Positions 24,390 through 37,860 of a DNA stretch of 64,000 nt are shown here, one piece after another. The notes under the pieces are model-generated. The model was not told where the DNA came from. It saw only the letters and a program-made list of their open reading frames with translations, and ran no database searches. Position numbers and translations under genes: made by a program. Each line of letters begins with the position of its first letter. The first letter of the stretch is position 1. Source of the stretch: Octopus sinensis (Eukaryota); contig NC_043003.1 in assembly GCF_006345805.1 (NCBI RefSeq), positions 61,876,001-61,940,000 on the forward strand. The letters are read 5' to 3'.

Positions 24390-24800
24390 CAATTCAATGA
24401 GTAAGTAGTACACGAGTACTTGACATGAAAGGCCTAAATCATAGAGGGAATAAATTAAAATCTTAGCATGATATACCAACAAGTTTATGACATACAGCTC
24501 AGGAGCAAGTGATTCCCACCATGTATCTACAGTATAAAAGGCAGAAATACAGGCAGATGACAAATGTAGGCTGTGTAAAACTAAAATTGAAGACATCAGC
24601 CACATTATTGCCAGCTGCAAGAGAGTATCTGTTAGATATCATCTTTCCATGAGGCATGATGTGGTGGCTACAACAATCTCGAACAGAATAAGAAAAAAGA
24701 AAAAAAACCAGCATTGAGACTAATAGGCAAAAAGAATATTCTTGGCATTTAAAAATTAAAGCAACCACCAAATTAAAAGACAACCAGTCATATATTGCTT
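24390..24800 (+). mobile_element. R4/Dong-like (RLE-type) non-LTR retrotransposon C-terminal fossil
   Basis: Encodes AQEQVIPT and KCRLCKTKIEDISHIIASC...RHDVVA (CCHC knuckle plus RHD/N motif). Confidence 0.75.
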
Positions 24801-25495
24801 TGTAGAATTAAAAATAACTCCCCAAGTGCTGCCTGAACTTTAAGAGTAAACCTCAGTAATCACAGAATTCCTGTGTGGATTAGCAATTCTCTTAGTTTTG
24901 AAAAATGTGTGTCCAACACAAGTCTGTAGAAGGAGGAGCTCTTTGTCAAGTTATATTATATTGATTTATAACATAGAGAAAAGACTTTAAATGTAGGGGA
25001 TGGATATAGTCATTTAGATCAATACAAATGCACAACTGATACTTATTTTATCAAACTACCCCCAGAGGGATCTAAGTCAATATCAGTGGAAACATGATTG
25101 TAGCTTATTTTTAGAACATTTTTGCAAATGTTTACCAGTATGGAAGTTTATTTCACACTGTACCATTGAAATCGTCCAGTTATTTTTCAAAATGTTTATG
25201 TTGTAGTTGTTGGACACTTATGAAGATTTAATTTTGAATTTCAATCTACATGTCATTGTGTAATCATCTGATTTGAATGAATTTTGACTGCTGCTCTTGT
25301 CTGACATTGTCTGACGCCAGATTCTACATGGTAAATAGATTTGAAATATCACACTTGTGGCTATTGTTATTTTGAATCAATAGCATTAATTTTTAACCTA
25401 TTGAAGACAGGATTGTTTTTTCAATAAATGTTATGCACAATCTTTCAACTTAGAATTACATAGGATTTTAGAGTTACTTCATTGTGTTTTCTTAC

Positions 25496-25569
25496 CTAAA
25501 GTTTCTTTCTGTATTTCTGTAATGTATTTGTTTGGTTCCCTACTCAGGAGATTCGCTGGCAACAATTTT
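25496..25569 (-). CDS. Candidate internal exon (KLLPANLLSREPNKYITEIQKETL), phase 2-1
   Basis: Donor TTAG|gtaaga, only one open frame, weak acceptor gtttcag; phase fits the exon at 20220. Confidence 0.3.
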
Positions 25570-26437
25570 CTGAAACTTGTTTATGATTTACTTCTGCAGG
25601 TTATACTATGATATTGGCAAATAAATCCACAAACTTGTTTGAAGTCCTTGCTCAGGGATAGCAATATAACATCCTAACCAGCCATCATCTATTAGAGTCA
25701 ACTCTTCCACACACACTCATGCATCTGCTTAACTTCTGAAGCAAGAGCTATAAAAGAAACAAACCAACAACCTTTTTGAATCTTCAAGTAATTCATTTCC
25801 AAAGAAAAATTACCTTCATCTGCCTCACAACTACAGAGGCATTACTCTCTTGTCTCTAGATTCAAACTTCTACAATTCTATGCTCTTTGTTTCAATGCTT
25901 AATGGTCTATGTATATGTGTCTTAGTGTCTATGCTTATCCCCCACCACCACTTGACAAACAGTGTTGGTGTGTTTATGTCCCCGTAACTTAGCAGTTCAG
26001 CAAGAGATGAATAGAATAAGTAGCAAGCTTAAAAAAAGGACTGGAATTAATTCCTTTGACTAAAATTTCTTCATGGTGGTGCCCCAGCATGGCCACAGTC
26101 TAATGACTGAAACAAGTAAAATATAAAAGATAACAAGAAAAGAGGTATCTTACTTTTGAATGCTGGAGTGTGCAACTGAATCTAATTCATTGTTAAATTT
26201 CAATTTAACATATGCAATGCATATTTTGTTGATTTCACCTCTTCATAGATATTTGGAGAGATGTATATAGAGAAGTATAGTGAATTATTAAAAGAATGTA
26301 AAAAAATGGTGGTAGTGGGGATGGGGAAGCCTCTTTAACAATACTTAGCGTAGTTTCTACCTTGAAGACATATACAACTGCTTCAATATTACAACCATAT
26401 TCTGAAGTGCTTGTTATCTGGATTATCTACGTTTAAC

Positions 26438-26482
26438 CTTGATATCACAAAGTTCTTTGACCGTGAAATATTATTCAAAGAA
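26438..26482 (-). CDS. Candidate 45-nt internal exon (SLNNISRSKNFVIS), phase 2-2
   Basis: Strong acceptor attatttattttcag, modest donor AG|gttaaa. It could instead read on to a stop (…NKHFRIWL*). Confidence 0.2.
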
Positions 26483-28509
26483 CTGAAAATAAATAATTAA
26501 TATATAAGGATTGCTAAATATTTGGCAGAAACAGTAAAGTTAGCAGCAGTGAAAAAGAGAAAAGAGAAATAGAAAGCAAGGAAGAGTATGAGTGTGGGAG
26601 AAATGAGAAAATGAGAGGAAGAAACATGAAAAGAAAAAGAAGCAAGAGAAACTAGATCTATGTCAGCTTTTCATACTATAGAGGAATGACTGAAAATTGT
26701 TTGTAATTCTATTAAGAGGTTAGGCCATCATTATCATCATCTAAATTGATTTCCATGTTGGCGTGAGATGGATGGTTTGACAGAAATTGGTGAACCAGAG
26801 GACAGCATCAAATGCCAGTGTCTGCTTTGGTATGGTTTCTATGACTAGTTGTCCTAGTCATGTCACCAACTATCTTGTAAGACAATACCATCAACTGAGG
26901 GAGAGTTGTACTGAGTGATGAAAAGTTAAAATGAGCAAGAACAAAAACCTACAAGAAACTTACTCCCTCATATGTGGTCCAAACAGATCAAAGGCTTATT
27001 CATCAGACAGCATTTGCCTAATGTGTTTGAAAACTAATAGTATTAACAAACTTAGTTGTACTGCAGAATAAGATGCATAGGACCTACTAAATGACAAATT
27101 CATCACAGGATCTTGGAACATTTCAGCAAAACCTTACATAATACCTGGTGCAGTGTTCCTATGCAGACTGACATGAGGAAGAAAAGTGCATCACCACAGG
27201 TCTTAGCAGAAAACCAAAATGTAATAAATGTTCAGAAATCCAAAAGATATTTCATTAATAAAAAAACTACATCTTACTCTGAGCCACCAGAATGGAATGG
27301 ACACATGGAAATATATATACTGTTTCTCCAAAACGTAATCATGTTTGGCTACCCAGTTATTAATGTCATAACAAACACACAAACAATATGTTTGATGGTG
27401 GAATTCTGAAGTCTGAAAGTTCTCATAGCACAATTGGACAGCAACAATGATTCTAGTAACACAGCTCAGTCTACAGTTATTTGTTTGGTAATTCTGCTGA
27501 TTTCCCTTAATATCTATCTATCTGTCCATCTATTTGTCAGTCTGTCTGTCTGTCTATCTTTCTATCTATCTGTCTACCACCGCCACCACCATCACCATAA
27601 TTTAACATCCATTGTTCCATGCTCGCATGGGTTGGACGGAATTTTATGAGGCAGATTATCAATATCTGCACATCTGTCCTGTCACCAATCCTCACCTGTT
27701 TCCAAGTAAGGTATTTCGCATAGCCAGACATGTTTCTCCAAAGAAGACTGCAAGTGAATAACATTTGATAATAAACTAATACTGCACAGTCAGAATTATA
27801 AAGATAATCAGTTTCAGTTAATGAATCTTCAACAAATTTACTTCTACAACTTGAAAAAAGGTGGATGTATGCCTGTGGCATATCACTCACCCTTTGGTTC
27901 ATATCTTTATTCCCTGCCTATAATCCTGCCATCCACCACATGATATGATTAGCTGTGTGGTGCATGCTGCTATTACAGAACAACTACCAAAACATTTCAT
28001 AACAGGAAAAAGAAAAACTAGTTATTCCCATTGTGGTCTATGATTCTATTACTGAATCAGCTTAATATTTTATGATGAATTTATCATGTTTATGGGTGTG
28101 TAGCATACAACTTAACACACAAAATAAATGCCTCTAGTATTCATTTAGTTTTTGTTGTACACTATGTTTCTTGTCTAGTTTATTTGTTGTCTATGGGATG
28201 AATATCCTTTTTATTCCTGGAATGAATTCAATGATAACTTTATCTACAAGTTTGCCCATTAATATTAATTAGATTTTATTGCAGTGATAACCCTCAGTTT
28301 TTGATGTGGTGTAGTATTTCTTATCGTTATGATACTGACAAAAGTTTAATTTTGTGTGTGTTTGTTTCATAAGTGAATTTCAGTTTTTAAATATTTATCT
28401 AAATGACTAGTATGTTTGATTGCAAGATATTTATCTCATGTATATATCAACAATACACACACACACACACATACACTCACACAGAGTCTTGTGTACATAT
28501 TTTTTTAGA

Positions 28510-28870
28510 ATTCAAATGTATTGAAGATGTAACAAAAGCAAACTTAACTGGGAGCCTATCTTTTTAACTTTTAGTATTCCTATAGGGACTTCTAAATGCA
28601 ATATCTGTAGTGCATGCGAATAATAAGTTTTGAAGATAATTTGCAGTATATGTGCAGTTTTCATTCTTGGATGATAGTATGCATGCCTGAGAATGGAGTA
28701 TATTATGGTGTTTATTGGCACATTAGTGATTAACTGTTCAACATCTAAGGGAGCAATGATGCTTTTAGGTGTGGTTGTTCTAAGTATATCAATAAATTCA
28801 TCTGTTGAATTCATCATAAATGTGTTGGGTATGTTATCGTTTTATTATTGTATTTAACGATGGGGATATG
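28510..28870 (-). mobile_element. Penelope-like RT fragment
   Basis: NSTDEFIDILRTTTPKSIIAPLDVEQLITNVPI matches the PLE motif SLDVESLFTNVP. Confidence 0.8.
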
Positions 28871-30269
28871 TTATGTGTCATTGAATTAATACATGAGATG
28901 ATTGGCTTAACGGGTGTTTTTATGGAGCTATATATTTGTGCTTGCATGTATTCGCTTCAATAAGTGAAGGGCCTACACTTTTATTATTTACAGCATAAAC
29001 ACAATAAGTTTAAATTTGATTTTAAGTTCAATTATAGGACCTCATTTGATAGCATAACATTTTAATATTGTTTATATTCATACGTATAATCTATTTACAT
29101 GAGTACAATGGGATCTCAAATACAATGCAAACCCCACCTTTTGCATCTGAAAATCAGCAATTTATATTTTATCCTTAGTTATACTTAAACATAATGCTAC
29201 CCAGTATTTTTGATCCTGATGATTTGATGATTTATATTAAATTTCTCACATTATATATGTGAAAATATGGTACACACTCACACAGAAACATATATATCAT
29301 CATCATCATCATCGTCGTTTAACGTCCGCTTTCCTTGCTAGCATGGGTTGGATATATATTGATATATATATCAATATATATATTGATATGTACATACCTA
29401 TATGTATATGGGTTCTTGTTTTGCAAGGTACTTGGTAATATCGTTGATGCTGGTGCCGTGTAAAAAGCACCCAGTACACTCTGTAAAGTGGTTGGCATTA
29501 GGAAGGGTATCCGCTATAGAAACCATGCCAAAACAGACTATTGAACCTGTGTAGCTCCTGTCAAACCGTCCAACCCATGCCAGCATGAAAAGCAAGTGTT
29601 AAATGATGATGTTGATGATGATGATAATGATATGTAGACATAGATGCAAGAATAGTATTTTTAGCCTGCCAGCCTTCCTTGGACTGTGGTGCATTTGAAT
29701 TTAATTTGGCTTTATGTAGTCTCTTATCACTTTGTTTTTTCTGGAGTAGGTGGAGCTATGTTGAATGGTAATTAGAGTATGCTGTGATGAAAAGGTATTA
29801 TAGAAGGTTTGCATTGACAAAAGTTGGAGTTGTGTCATTATTCAGAGTTCAGCCATGAATGTGAAACTATGTAACCATGTATGTCTATTTAGATGTGTCA
29901 GCTTCAGGTCTTAGGATCATATTTCAGAGTTACCAAAAAATGTAGATAGGTGAAAAGGTTAGTTGGTTAACAAACAGGTGAAAGGGTTAGTTGGTTAGTA
30001 GACGTGTAACTAGGTTTAATTGTTATTGATGTTATTTGAACACTGTTTGAAACATTCAACCTGTTTTAGGAATGTGGAGATTATTCTTTACTTCAATCTG
30101 GGATGTAAAACTTTGTAATTAGGTGAGTTTATTTAGGTGTGTTAGCTTTAGGTAATGATTTTAGTATAGAAATTTGGTTATCTCTTGTTTTAAGGGTTCA
30201 CATAAGTATGTAAGTAGTTGGAAAGGTTAGCTGGTCAGCAGATTTCTTTAATTGTTACACTGAAAAAAA

Positions 30270-30608
30270 AAAAGAAAGGATCCCCTTCAGTCATGAATGA
30301 CCATGTGCTTGCACCTCGAAAGTTCCCCTCCTAGGCACAAGTCCAGGAAAGGTTATTTATGGAAGACCAGCAGTCGCCCATGCATACCAGCCTCCCCTAT
30401 CCACACCACCGATGTTATCCAAGGGAAAAGCAAAGGCTGATACAATTTGGCACCTGTGACATCGCAACTCATTTCTACAGCTGAGTGAATTGGAGCAATA
30501 TAACATAAAGCATTTTGTTCAAGAACACAACACACAGCCCAGCCCGGGAATAGAACTCACAAACTGATGATTGTGAACCTGATGCTCTAACCACTGAGCC
30601 ATGCACCT
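30270..30608 (-). mobile_element. tRNA-derived SINE, family C, with CORE-like central domain
   Basis: The minus strand has A box TGGCTCAGTGG, B box GTTCTATTCC, then gtgttgtgttcttgaacaaaatgc...cactcagctgtagaaatgagttg, which resembles the CORE domain. Confidence 0.75.
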
Positions 30609-32731
30609 ATTTAAACACTATTTAAGAAAGATAACTTGTTTTGTTTTAGGTAGGCAGAAGATATTGTTCAGAATTCAGTCAAGCATGTAAAACTTTGTAA
30701 CTAGGTGAGTTTATTTAGGTGTATTAGCTTTAGATCATGGTGTTTTTAATAGAGAAATTTATTCATTTTTTGTTTTAGAGTTCACAAAGGCTGTCGGTTG
30801 GTGGAAAGTTTAGTTGGTCTGCAGATTTCTAACAAGGAGTTAGTTGTTTTTGATGTTATTTGATTACAATTTAGAAAATTTAACCTTTGTGTTTTGGTGA
30901 GCTAAAGTTTGCAGAATATATTTTTATAAATATTTCTTCTGTTTGGTTTCAAGCGTGGGTATTCATAATGATGATCATCATCATTTGAAGTTACTTTTCC
31001 ATGCTGGCATGAGTTGGATAGTTTGACAGGAGTTGGCAAAGCTGGGAGCTGCACCAGGCTTTGTTGTCTGTTTTGGCACCCTTCTTAATGCCAACCACTT
31101 TACAAGGTGTATTGAGTGCTTTTTACGTGGCACCAATACCAGTGATTTTAACGTGACACCAGCACAAACTAGGTCACCAAATACATTGCAAGATATAAGT
31201 CTCTCTACTGGGAGGGGAGAGTAGTATTGAGGAGGTGTGGCTTTGTGCCAGTTGAGAGATTAAAGGTATAGAGGGATAGAGGTACCTGTCTTATTGTAGA
31301 GTAGATACATGGATACTCTAGTTGGAAAAGAAGGAGTTAGAAAGAAATATAAAGAGAGTGATAGTAAGAGAGATGATGGCAAAGATAAGTTGGGGCATGC
31401 CCTGGAAGAACATTAGGCATGGTGAGAATAAGTGAGGTGATACAGAAGTTCGGACTGGGTGAGCGGGTAGGATTGTAGTGACTGTAGCAAATGATGGAGA
31501 AAAATATGAGAGGCTTGAAGGCAGGGGTTGCGACAAAAATGTGCAGGGATTGAGGGTGATAGCAGATAAGTGAGGTGTTAATGATGTTTATAACATGTTA
31601 TTTTGGTCCTATGAATATATGTAAATGTGGAACATCATAAATATGTATGCAGATATAAATACAGAAATAAATTTTTCAGCCAACAACTTTTAAAAGAAGT
31701 TAGGTGTAATTTGAGGCAAGTTCGGTCATTATTTCTTGCTTTTGATTAACCACATAGCAGTTCCCTCATTACACATTAAATTAAAGAGTTTAATCAGAGA
31801 TCCAGTTACTGCCTTATACCTTTGAACTGAAAAATTTTGAGTTGGTTTAAGATTGATGTGTTGTTTATAATTCCGGGATCAAATAAATATTTATTATTCT
31901 AAAATAATTAGTAAAATTTATGAGTGATACAAATGACAACCATTCTTCCCTTTGCGTAAAAATCAACGCAAGTGTCGGCTTAAACAAAGCGTAACATATG
32001 TCAAAAAGTCACTTTTTATATGTACTCATAATTCTGGCAACTTAATTACACAAATAACAGGAAACAAAAATTAAGAAATGTTTCTTTGAAGTAAATTATT
32101 AAATTTTCTTTAGTATTAATAAGTTTTTAGTAAGACTTAAAGTAAGAAGATTGCATCATCTTGAACAGCTCATTACTGTCATAAAAATAAGTCACTAAAT
32201 ATCTTGTTATTCAGTATTATTTTGTATTTTTATTATGATGGCGGAAACAATTATTTGTGAATAGATTTGATGAAGCAGTAAGCTATTGTAGTTTTTAAAG
32301 CAATAAGAACTCTCTTGTCAAAGAAATTATTCTCTACTTACTCAAACTATATTTAGTTTTATATTTTCATATTTAATTCTGCTCAAACATAAAACTAAAA
32401 TTCTTGAAAGTACTTGAATATACTTATAGATATCAGATGAATGAGAAACTTTTATATCTGTAGTCGGGAACATTCTCATGCAACATTAATGTTACTTAGG
32501 AGAGAGCAATACTATTAGAAATAGCTGAATTACTGAGTTCTCTCAAGAGTAATAAAGCAAATATAAGGTGTTTAAAAATGGTTTATTTTATATTTTATAT
32601 ATACACATATATTTATTAATTTCTTTTATGTCACATTTTGTGAGCAGTAACCTTATTAGCTATATGTGACAAAGGGGTGTCTTGTGCAATTCAGACAGAA
32701 TAAATACCATCAGCTATTTTCTTTGTCTTAC

Positions 32732-32775
32732 CTGATTATTGACAATCTCCTTGCTACTGCGTATATCTTTCCCAT
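32732..32775 (-). CDS. Candidate start exon of the - strand gene (MGKIYAVARRLSII), phase 2
   Basis: Strong donor CAG|gtaaga; the ATG choice is speculative. Confidence 0.2.
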
Positions 32776-34199
32776 CGAAATTAAATCTTCCACATAGCTA
32801 TTCTACTTGATGTTCAAATATAGAGTCATTCCTTGTGGAAATAGTTGCCTTAATCTCAGTATTATGATAACCCTACCATACGTGTATATATATGTTCCTA
32901 TACTTGTTTCAGGTATTAAACTGCAGTCATGCTAGAACATTGCCTTACACCCCAACCACACACACACACTCAAACAGTATGGATTTTTCTACCAAACAAA
33001 TAATTTCCCTCTATTTCTTCCTCTCTATCTCATCTAGCTTGCACTACCCTCACTATTTCCAGTGTTTTATACTAATTTATGGTCACTACTAGACTGTCAT
33101 TGTCTATAGGTCTGTTTAATCATGGTTACCTGAAACTAAACAAGAATGGGTAAGGCAATTGCTCTTTTACCTGTGTCAAACTTATGATTAAAAAAAAAAC
33201 CCAAAAAATCATCCAGCAAAATAACTATTTTTTAATCATAGGTCTGCTGTATGTCATTAATGCAACATAAGGTATTTGAATATTCAATTAAGGCATGAAA
33301 TGAAAACTTTTGTGCTTTTTTAATTTTATCCATCTGAAAGACAAATATTAGGTTAGTATAAATAAAGAGGAATAACTATAAGCCACAGCAGTAAACATAA
33401 ATTGGTTGTGGATTTATCTTCATACACAGCACTCAGTCACAAAACTACATTATAACCTCACCTATAATAAGGTTATTTAATGGAACTCTTTGAGAAAAGC
33501 TATGTTAACAACTTAATCACTGATAAAAGTGCTTATACAAATACGTAACAATATGTGCTGTAGAATGAACTGAGGTAGTGTTTAAACAAATATAGGAGCA
33601 TTGGTACTATATTTTATAACAAAAGAAATTTTAAGGGTATTAAATATTTTCAAATTCAAATGCTTGTACAAACTATTTGCTTTCAAATTTATATATAGAT
33701 AATATTATTAAAGTAAATTAGATTATCTTCATTGATTCTAACGTTGGTATAGACAACTTATTGATTTGCATATTTTAGAAGTAGACAATATTAGTGAAAC
33801 TTTGTGGGCTGGAAGATTTTTTTAAACTACTAAAGGTTTTGGGGAGACATCAGAACCAAAGTTTCCAATTCAGTGGCTGCTTATTGGAGATATATCTAAG
33901 ACTGATTTAATAACATTTTTTTCTTAAGCTTTATGTCTGTAAAGGAAGTGGGTAAAGTTGATTAAGTTAAGCCACTCAAACATTTTTGTAATGACCCTAA
34001 AGAAATCAAAGACAAAGTTGAAGCAAAGGATGAAAAAATATTATAAAGCAGCACCTTCTCTATCATCACAAACTAAAATCTAATTAGACTGAAGTAAAAT
34101 GTTTAGATGAAGACAAAACAGCAGAAAAGGCAAGGAAAGAACCAAAAATTGAAATTGAAATTTGAAAATATTATTAATGAAAAAATGAACAAACAAGCT

Positions 34200-34620
34200 T
34201 CTCCATGATCAATATGCTGCAAGACTTGACATCGGGGTGAGTAAGCCAATGTGAAAGCCAACAATGGCTCAAAAGATCTGGATTAAAGGCAGCAAAATGA
34301 GTGATTTGATTTTAGCTGCACAAGATAAATGTCTAGCTTAAAAAAAGGGAAGAAAAGAAACAAGGATTTAACATCAACTGCATACTGTCCAATCAGCACA
34401 GAGCAACAAAAGAAACAATTGACCACTTCACTATTAATTGCATAGGATTCTTGCAAAGACAAATAATATTCACAGACAGCCACAAAAATGCTGGTAGTTA
34501 TGTTAATGGGGGCAATATGATGACACTTCAAAGATAAGTGGCATAAGCATGTATGAATGAAACATGTTAAGTGTCAGCCATAGTGCTACCTCAGTCTCAT
34601 AGACAAACAAGGAGATTAAA
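34200..34620 (+). mobile_element. Second R4/Dong-like fossil
   Basis: Fragments QWLKRSGLKA, LILAAQDKCL and KETIDH match the R4-type WL..G.L..ETEG.I.A.QDQ and knuckle region. Confidence 0.65.
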
Positions 34621-34879
34621 ATAAACCACCAGATACCATAATCAGGAACAGGAATGGAAATATGGTACACAAAAGGAAAGGCAAAAAAAGAAAAAGAAAA
34701 AGAAAAAAGAAGTAAAGGTTAAAAAAAGTAAAAAAGTGAAAAGGTATTGATGTAATAGGCCTTCAAAATAGAAATAAGATATGAGGTATGCAAGTAAAAG
34801 TGGTATGAATATAATTAATGAAGTGATAAAGAAAGTCAAGGCAAAAAAAAAAAATCAATATTTATAGGCTTAAGCAGAG

Positions 34880-36050
34880 GTAAATGGTTTAGAAACTTGC
34901 TTTGCAACCATGTGTTTCAGGTTCAGTCCCACTGCAAAGCATCTTGTGCCAGTGTCTGCTACTAATATAGCTCAGCACTGACCAATGCCATGAGTGAATT
35001 TGGTCGATGGAAACTGTATGAAAGCCTTTCATAAGTGTGAGTTTGTCCGCCACCCACTCCACCCCACCCCAATGCTTGGCAAAAAAAGACTGGTAGAATA
35101 AGCAGCAGACTTTTAAGAAAATCTAAGTACTGGGGTGAGGTTTGATTGAATAAAAGCAATCAAGGCAGTGCTCCAGCATGGCCACAGCCCAATAACTGAA
35201 ACAAATAAAAGATCAAGGCTCACTCTATATATTCTGTACACAACTCAACTCACAGTTGACATAACATGTAGTCTACACAATCAGTTTTGCTTCCCAACCA
35301 CATGGTTCTAGGTTCAGTTCCACTGTGTGGTACCTTGGGCAAGTGTTTTCTACTGTGGCTTCAGCCTAACCAAAGCTTGGTTTAAATGCTAATGGGTTTA
35401 AGTATCTTCTTCTGTAGCTTCAGGATGACTAATGTCTAGTGAGGGAAATTTAGTAGACTGAAATTTTGATAACAATAATATTTTCTATTATATATTGGGG
35501 GCAGGGGCTAGTTGATTATATTGACCCCTGAACTGGTATTTATTTTAACTTCAGAATGATGAATGGTGAAACTAACCTCAGAAGCATCTGAACTCAGAAT
35601 GTAAAGAGCTGGAAGAAATGGTGTCCATCATTTCATCAAATGTACTAACAATTCCACCAGCTTACCACCCTAGAAGTGATAACAACAACAACAACAATAA
35701 TAATCCTTTCTACTACAGGCACAAGGCCTGAAAATTTTTGGGAGGGTCAACCTCAGTGGAATTTGAACTCAGAACATAAGGACGGATGAAATGCTGCTAA
35801 GAATTTCATCCAGCATGCTAACAATCCTGCTAGCTCGCCTTGATCATAATAATAATAATTGTTTCTACTGAAAGCACAAGGCCTCAAATTTGGGGGAAGG
35901 GATTAAGTAGATTACATCGACCCCAGTGCGTAACTGGTACTAATTTTATCGACCCCAAAGGATGAAAGGCAAAGTCGACCTTGGCGGAATTTGAACTCAG
36001 GATATAAGGACAGATGAAACACTAAGCATTTCATCCGGTGTTCTGACAAT
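34880..36050. mobile_element. SINE cluster: family B fragments (+) and three tandem family A fragments (-) separated by (AAT/AAC)n
   Basis: The gaatttgaactcagaa motif recurs near 35590, 35760 and 35990. Confidence 0.8.
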
Positions 36051-36628
36051 CCTTAATAATGATAATAATAATAATAATAATATGCCCTGATGCAATACCA
36101 AGCACTGGCTCTCATGGCTTCTGAACTTAACTGATTGGAAGTGTTATCATGTACATGTTTTGCTTTGGTGTAAAAGATAGGCTACAGCAAATATTCTGCT
36201 CACTATCAGAGATTTGCTCGTCAGTTGTGTGACCATAACCAATTGAGCATGTCCCTAAGTGGCTGATGATATGTGCATCTGATCACGAGCAGTAGTAGTA
36301 GGGGAGAATCATAACCATGTGTTGAAGGGGATTCTGTGGGGTTTGGATAATTCAGTCTGGAAACATGGGTGTTTCATTCAACATCCTTAAACAACCTTTA
36401 CTCAGGGACCTTTTGAGCGGGATGAGCTACTCAACTGGAAGAAAATTCTAATTGGGCCCCACCTGCAAGGTCATGTGCTGTTTATCCTAATATGAGATCA
36501 CCATATCGCATACATATGGTTGTAATACATGTACCTGGTGTACCCTTATCAGATGGGTATATTGGGCTTCGTATATTTTACACGTTTCACTTTGATGGCA
36601 TGCACTGCTCTCTCTCACATAATAATAA

Positions 36629-36776
36629 AGTCAAAATTAAAAGAAGAGTGCCATTGTTATCTAGTGAACGATATTTTGACATCTTGTGTGTCTTCAACTG
36701 GTTCAAAAAATAAATTTGTCAATCTACTTCATTTTGGTTAATATAGAAAAATGGCACTGTTCTTTTAATTTTGACT
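36629..36776. repeat. 148-bp element with 27-bp inverted arms (possible MITE)
   Basis: agtcaaaattaaaagaagagtgccatt / aatggcactgttcttttaattttgact, one mismatch. Confidence 0.7.
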
Positions 36777-37066
36777 CTATATCTTCGGGAGGAGTTACCT
36801 CAATCCTTTCTATATTATTATTATTAATAATTTATTTTCCACGAGGATCATGACGAGAAGTTAATACAAGGACAAATAACAAAACAAAAAAAATTTGGAC
36901 TGAAGGTGTGCAAAATCAATAAAGAAAAACATATATGATAAACAGCAGTATATACAAAGAGAATAAAGTGCAATATTGCAATATTAATGATTTATTATTG
37001 ATATATATTGAATTACATATATATAGGGGCACCAAAATTCTATGGGTCTCAATCCGGCCCTGCTCG

Positions 37067-37099
37067 TATATAAGCTCGAGGTTTGCGTTCAGACAAGCA
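37067..37099 (+). promoter_or_regulatory. Candidate TATA-box core promoter
   Basis: TATATAAG at 37067-37074, Inr-like TCAGA at 37089-37093, ATG at 37115 with A at -3; located at the edge of the CpG-rich domain. Confidence 0.5.
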
Positions 37100-37114
37100 A
37101 TAGAGCAGACGACA

Positions 37115-37281
37115 ATGACTACGGAGGACGTCTGCAACGCCGTGCGTCAACTTAGAAAAGAATTAATTGATGACTGGTACCTTACAAGAGTTAAATCTGA
37201 GTGCAATGTCGATGTAAATGGTGACCAAGTTGTTCCTTTTAATACATTTGCTTTAAAAACTTCTATTCCTCGGATTCCCAG
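37115..37281 (+). CDS. First coding exon of an unidentified gene (MTTEDVCNAVRQLRKELIDDWYLTRVKSECNVDVNGDQVVPFNTFALKTSIPRIP)
   Basis: 55 open codons of non-repetitive protein-like sequence, donor CCCAG|gtaatt (phase 2), upstream TATA box. Confidence 0.65.
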
Positions 37282-37440
37282 GTAATTTTTTCCATAAGTT
37301 CTTTCCAATTAAATATTAATCTCTATGAAAAAAACGCTTAAGGAGTTTTCTATTTTTCATTAACGTTTTGTTACTGAAATAACTAATGTTTTCGTTTAAT
37401 TTAATCAAATATCTTCCAGGTGCGTTCATTTAAATATGTT

Positions 37441-37860
37441 TTAGAGCGAAATACGACTTGGAACAACAATTTAATTATTCTTCATATTTAACTCTTCAAA
37501 ACCAACATGACCGTAGAGTTGTTTAAAGCTGACCTCAATTTGGATCTGGAATATCTCTTGATATTCTTGTGTATACCTACACAAATATGCCTCTCAATTT
37601 TGTTTCCTCGTTAATTTCAGGAAAATAGATATTTTTTAATGAAATTTTATAAAATTAGAGCGAAATACGACTTGGAACAACAATTTATTTATTCTTCATA
37701 TTTAACTCTTCAAAACCATGACCGCAGAGTTGTGACCTCAATTTGGATCTGGAATATCTCTTGATATTCTTGTGTATACCTACACAAATATGCCTCTCAA
37801 TTTTGTTTCCTCGTTAATTTCAGGAAAATGGATATTTTTTAATGAAATTTTATAAAATTA
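37441..37860 (+). repeat. Recent ~210-bp tandem duplication
   Basis: ttagagcgaaatacgacttggaacaacaattt... starts at 37441 and again at 37655, differing by few substitutions and small indels. Confidence 0.92.

Noticed and set aside
30540-30608. tRNA-like sequence with A and B boxes (also the heads of SINE families A and B)
   Set aside because: These are SINE heads continuing into SINE bodies; no intact cloverleaf is evident.
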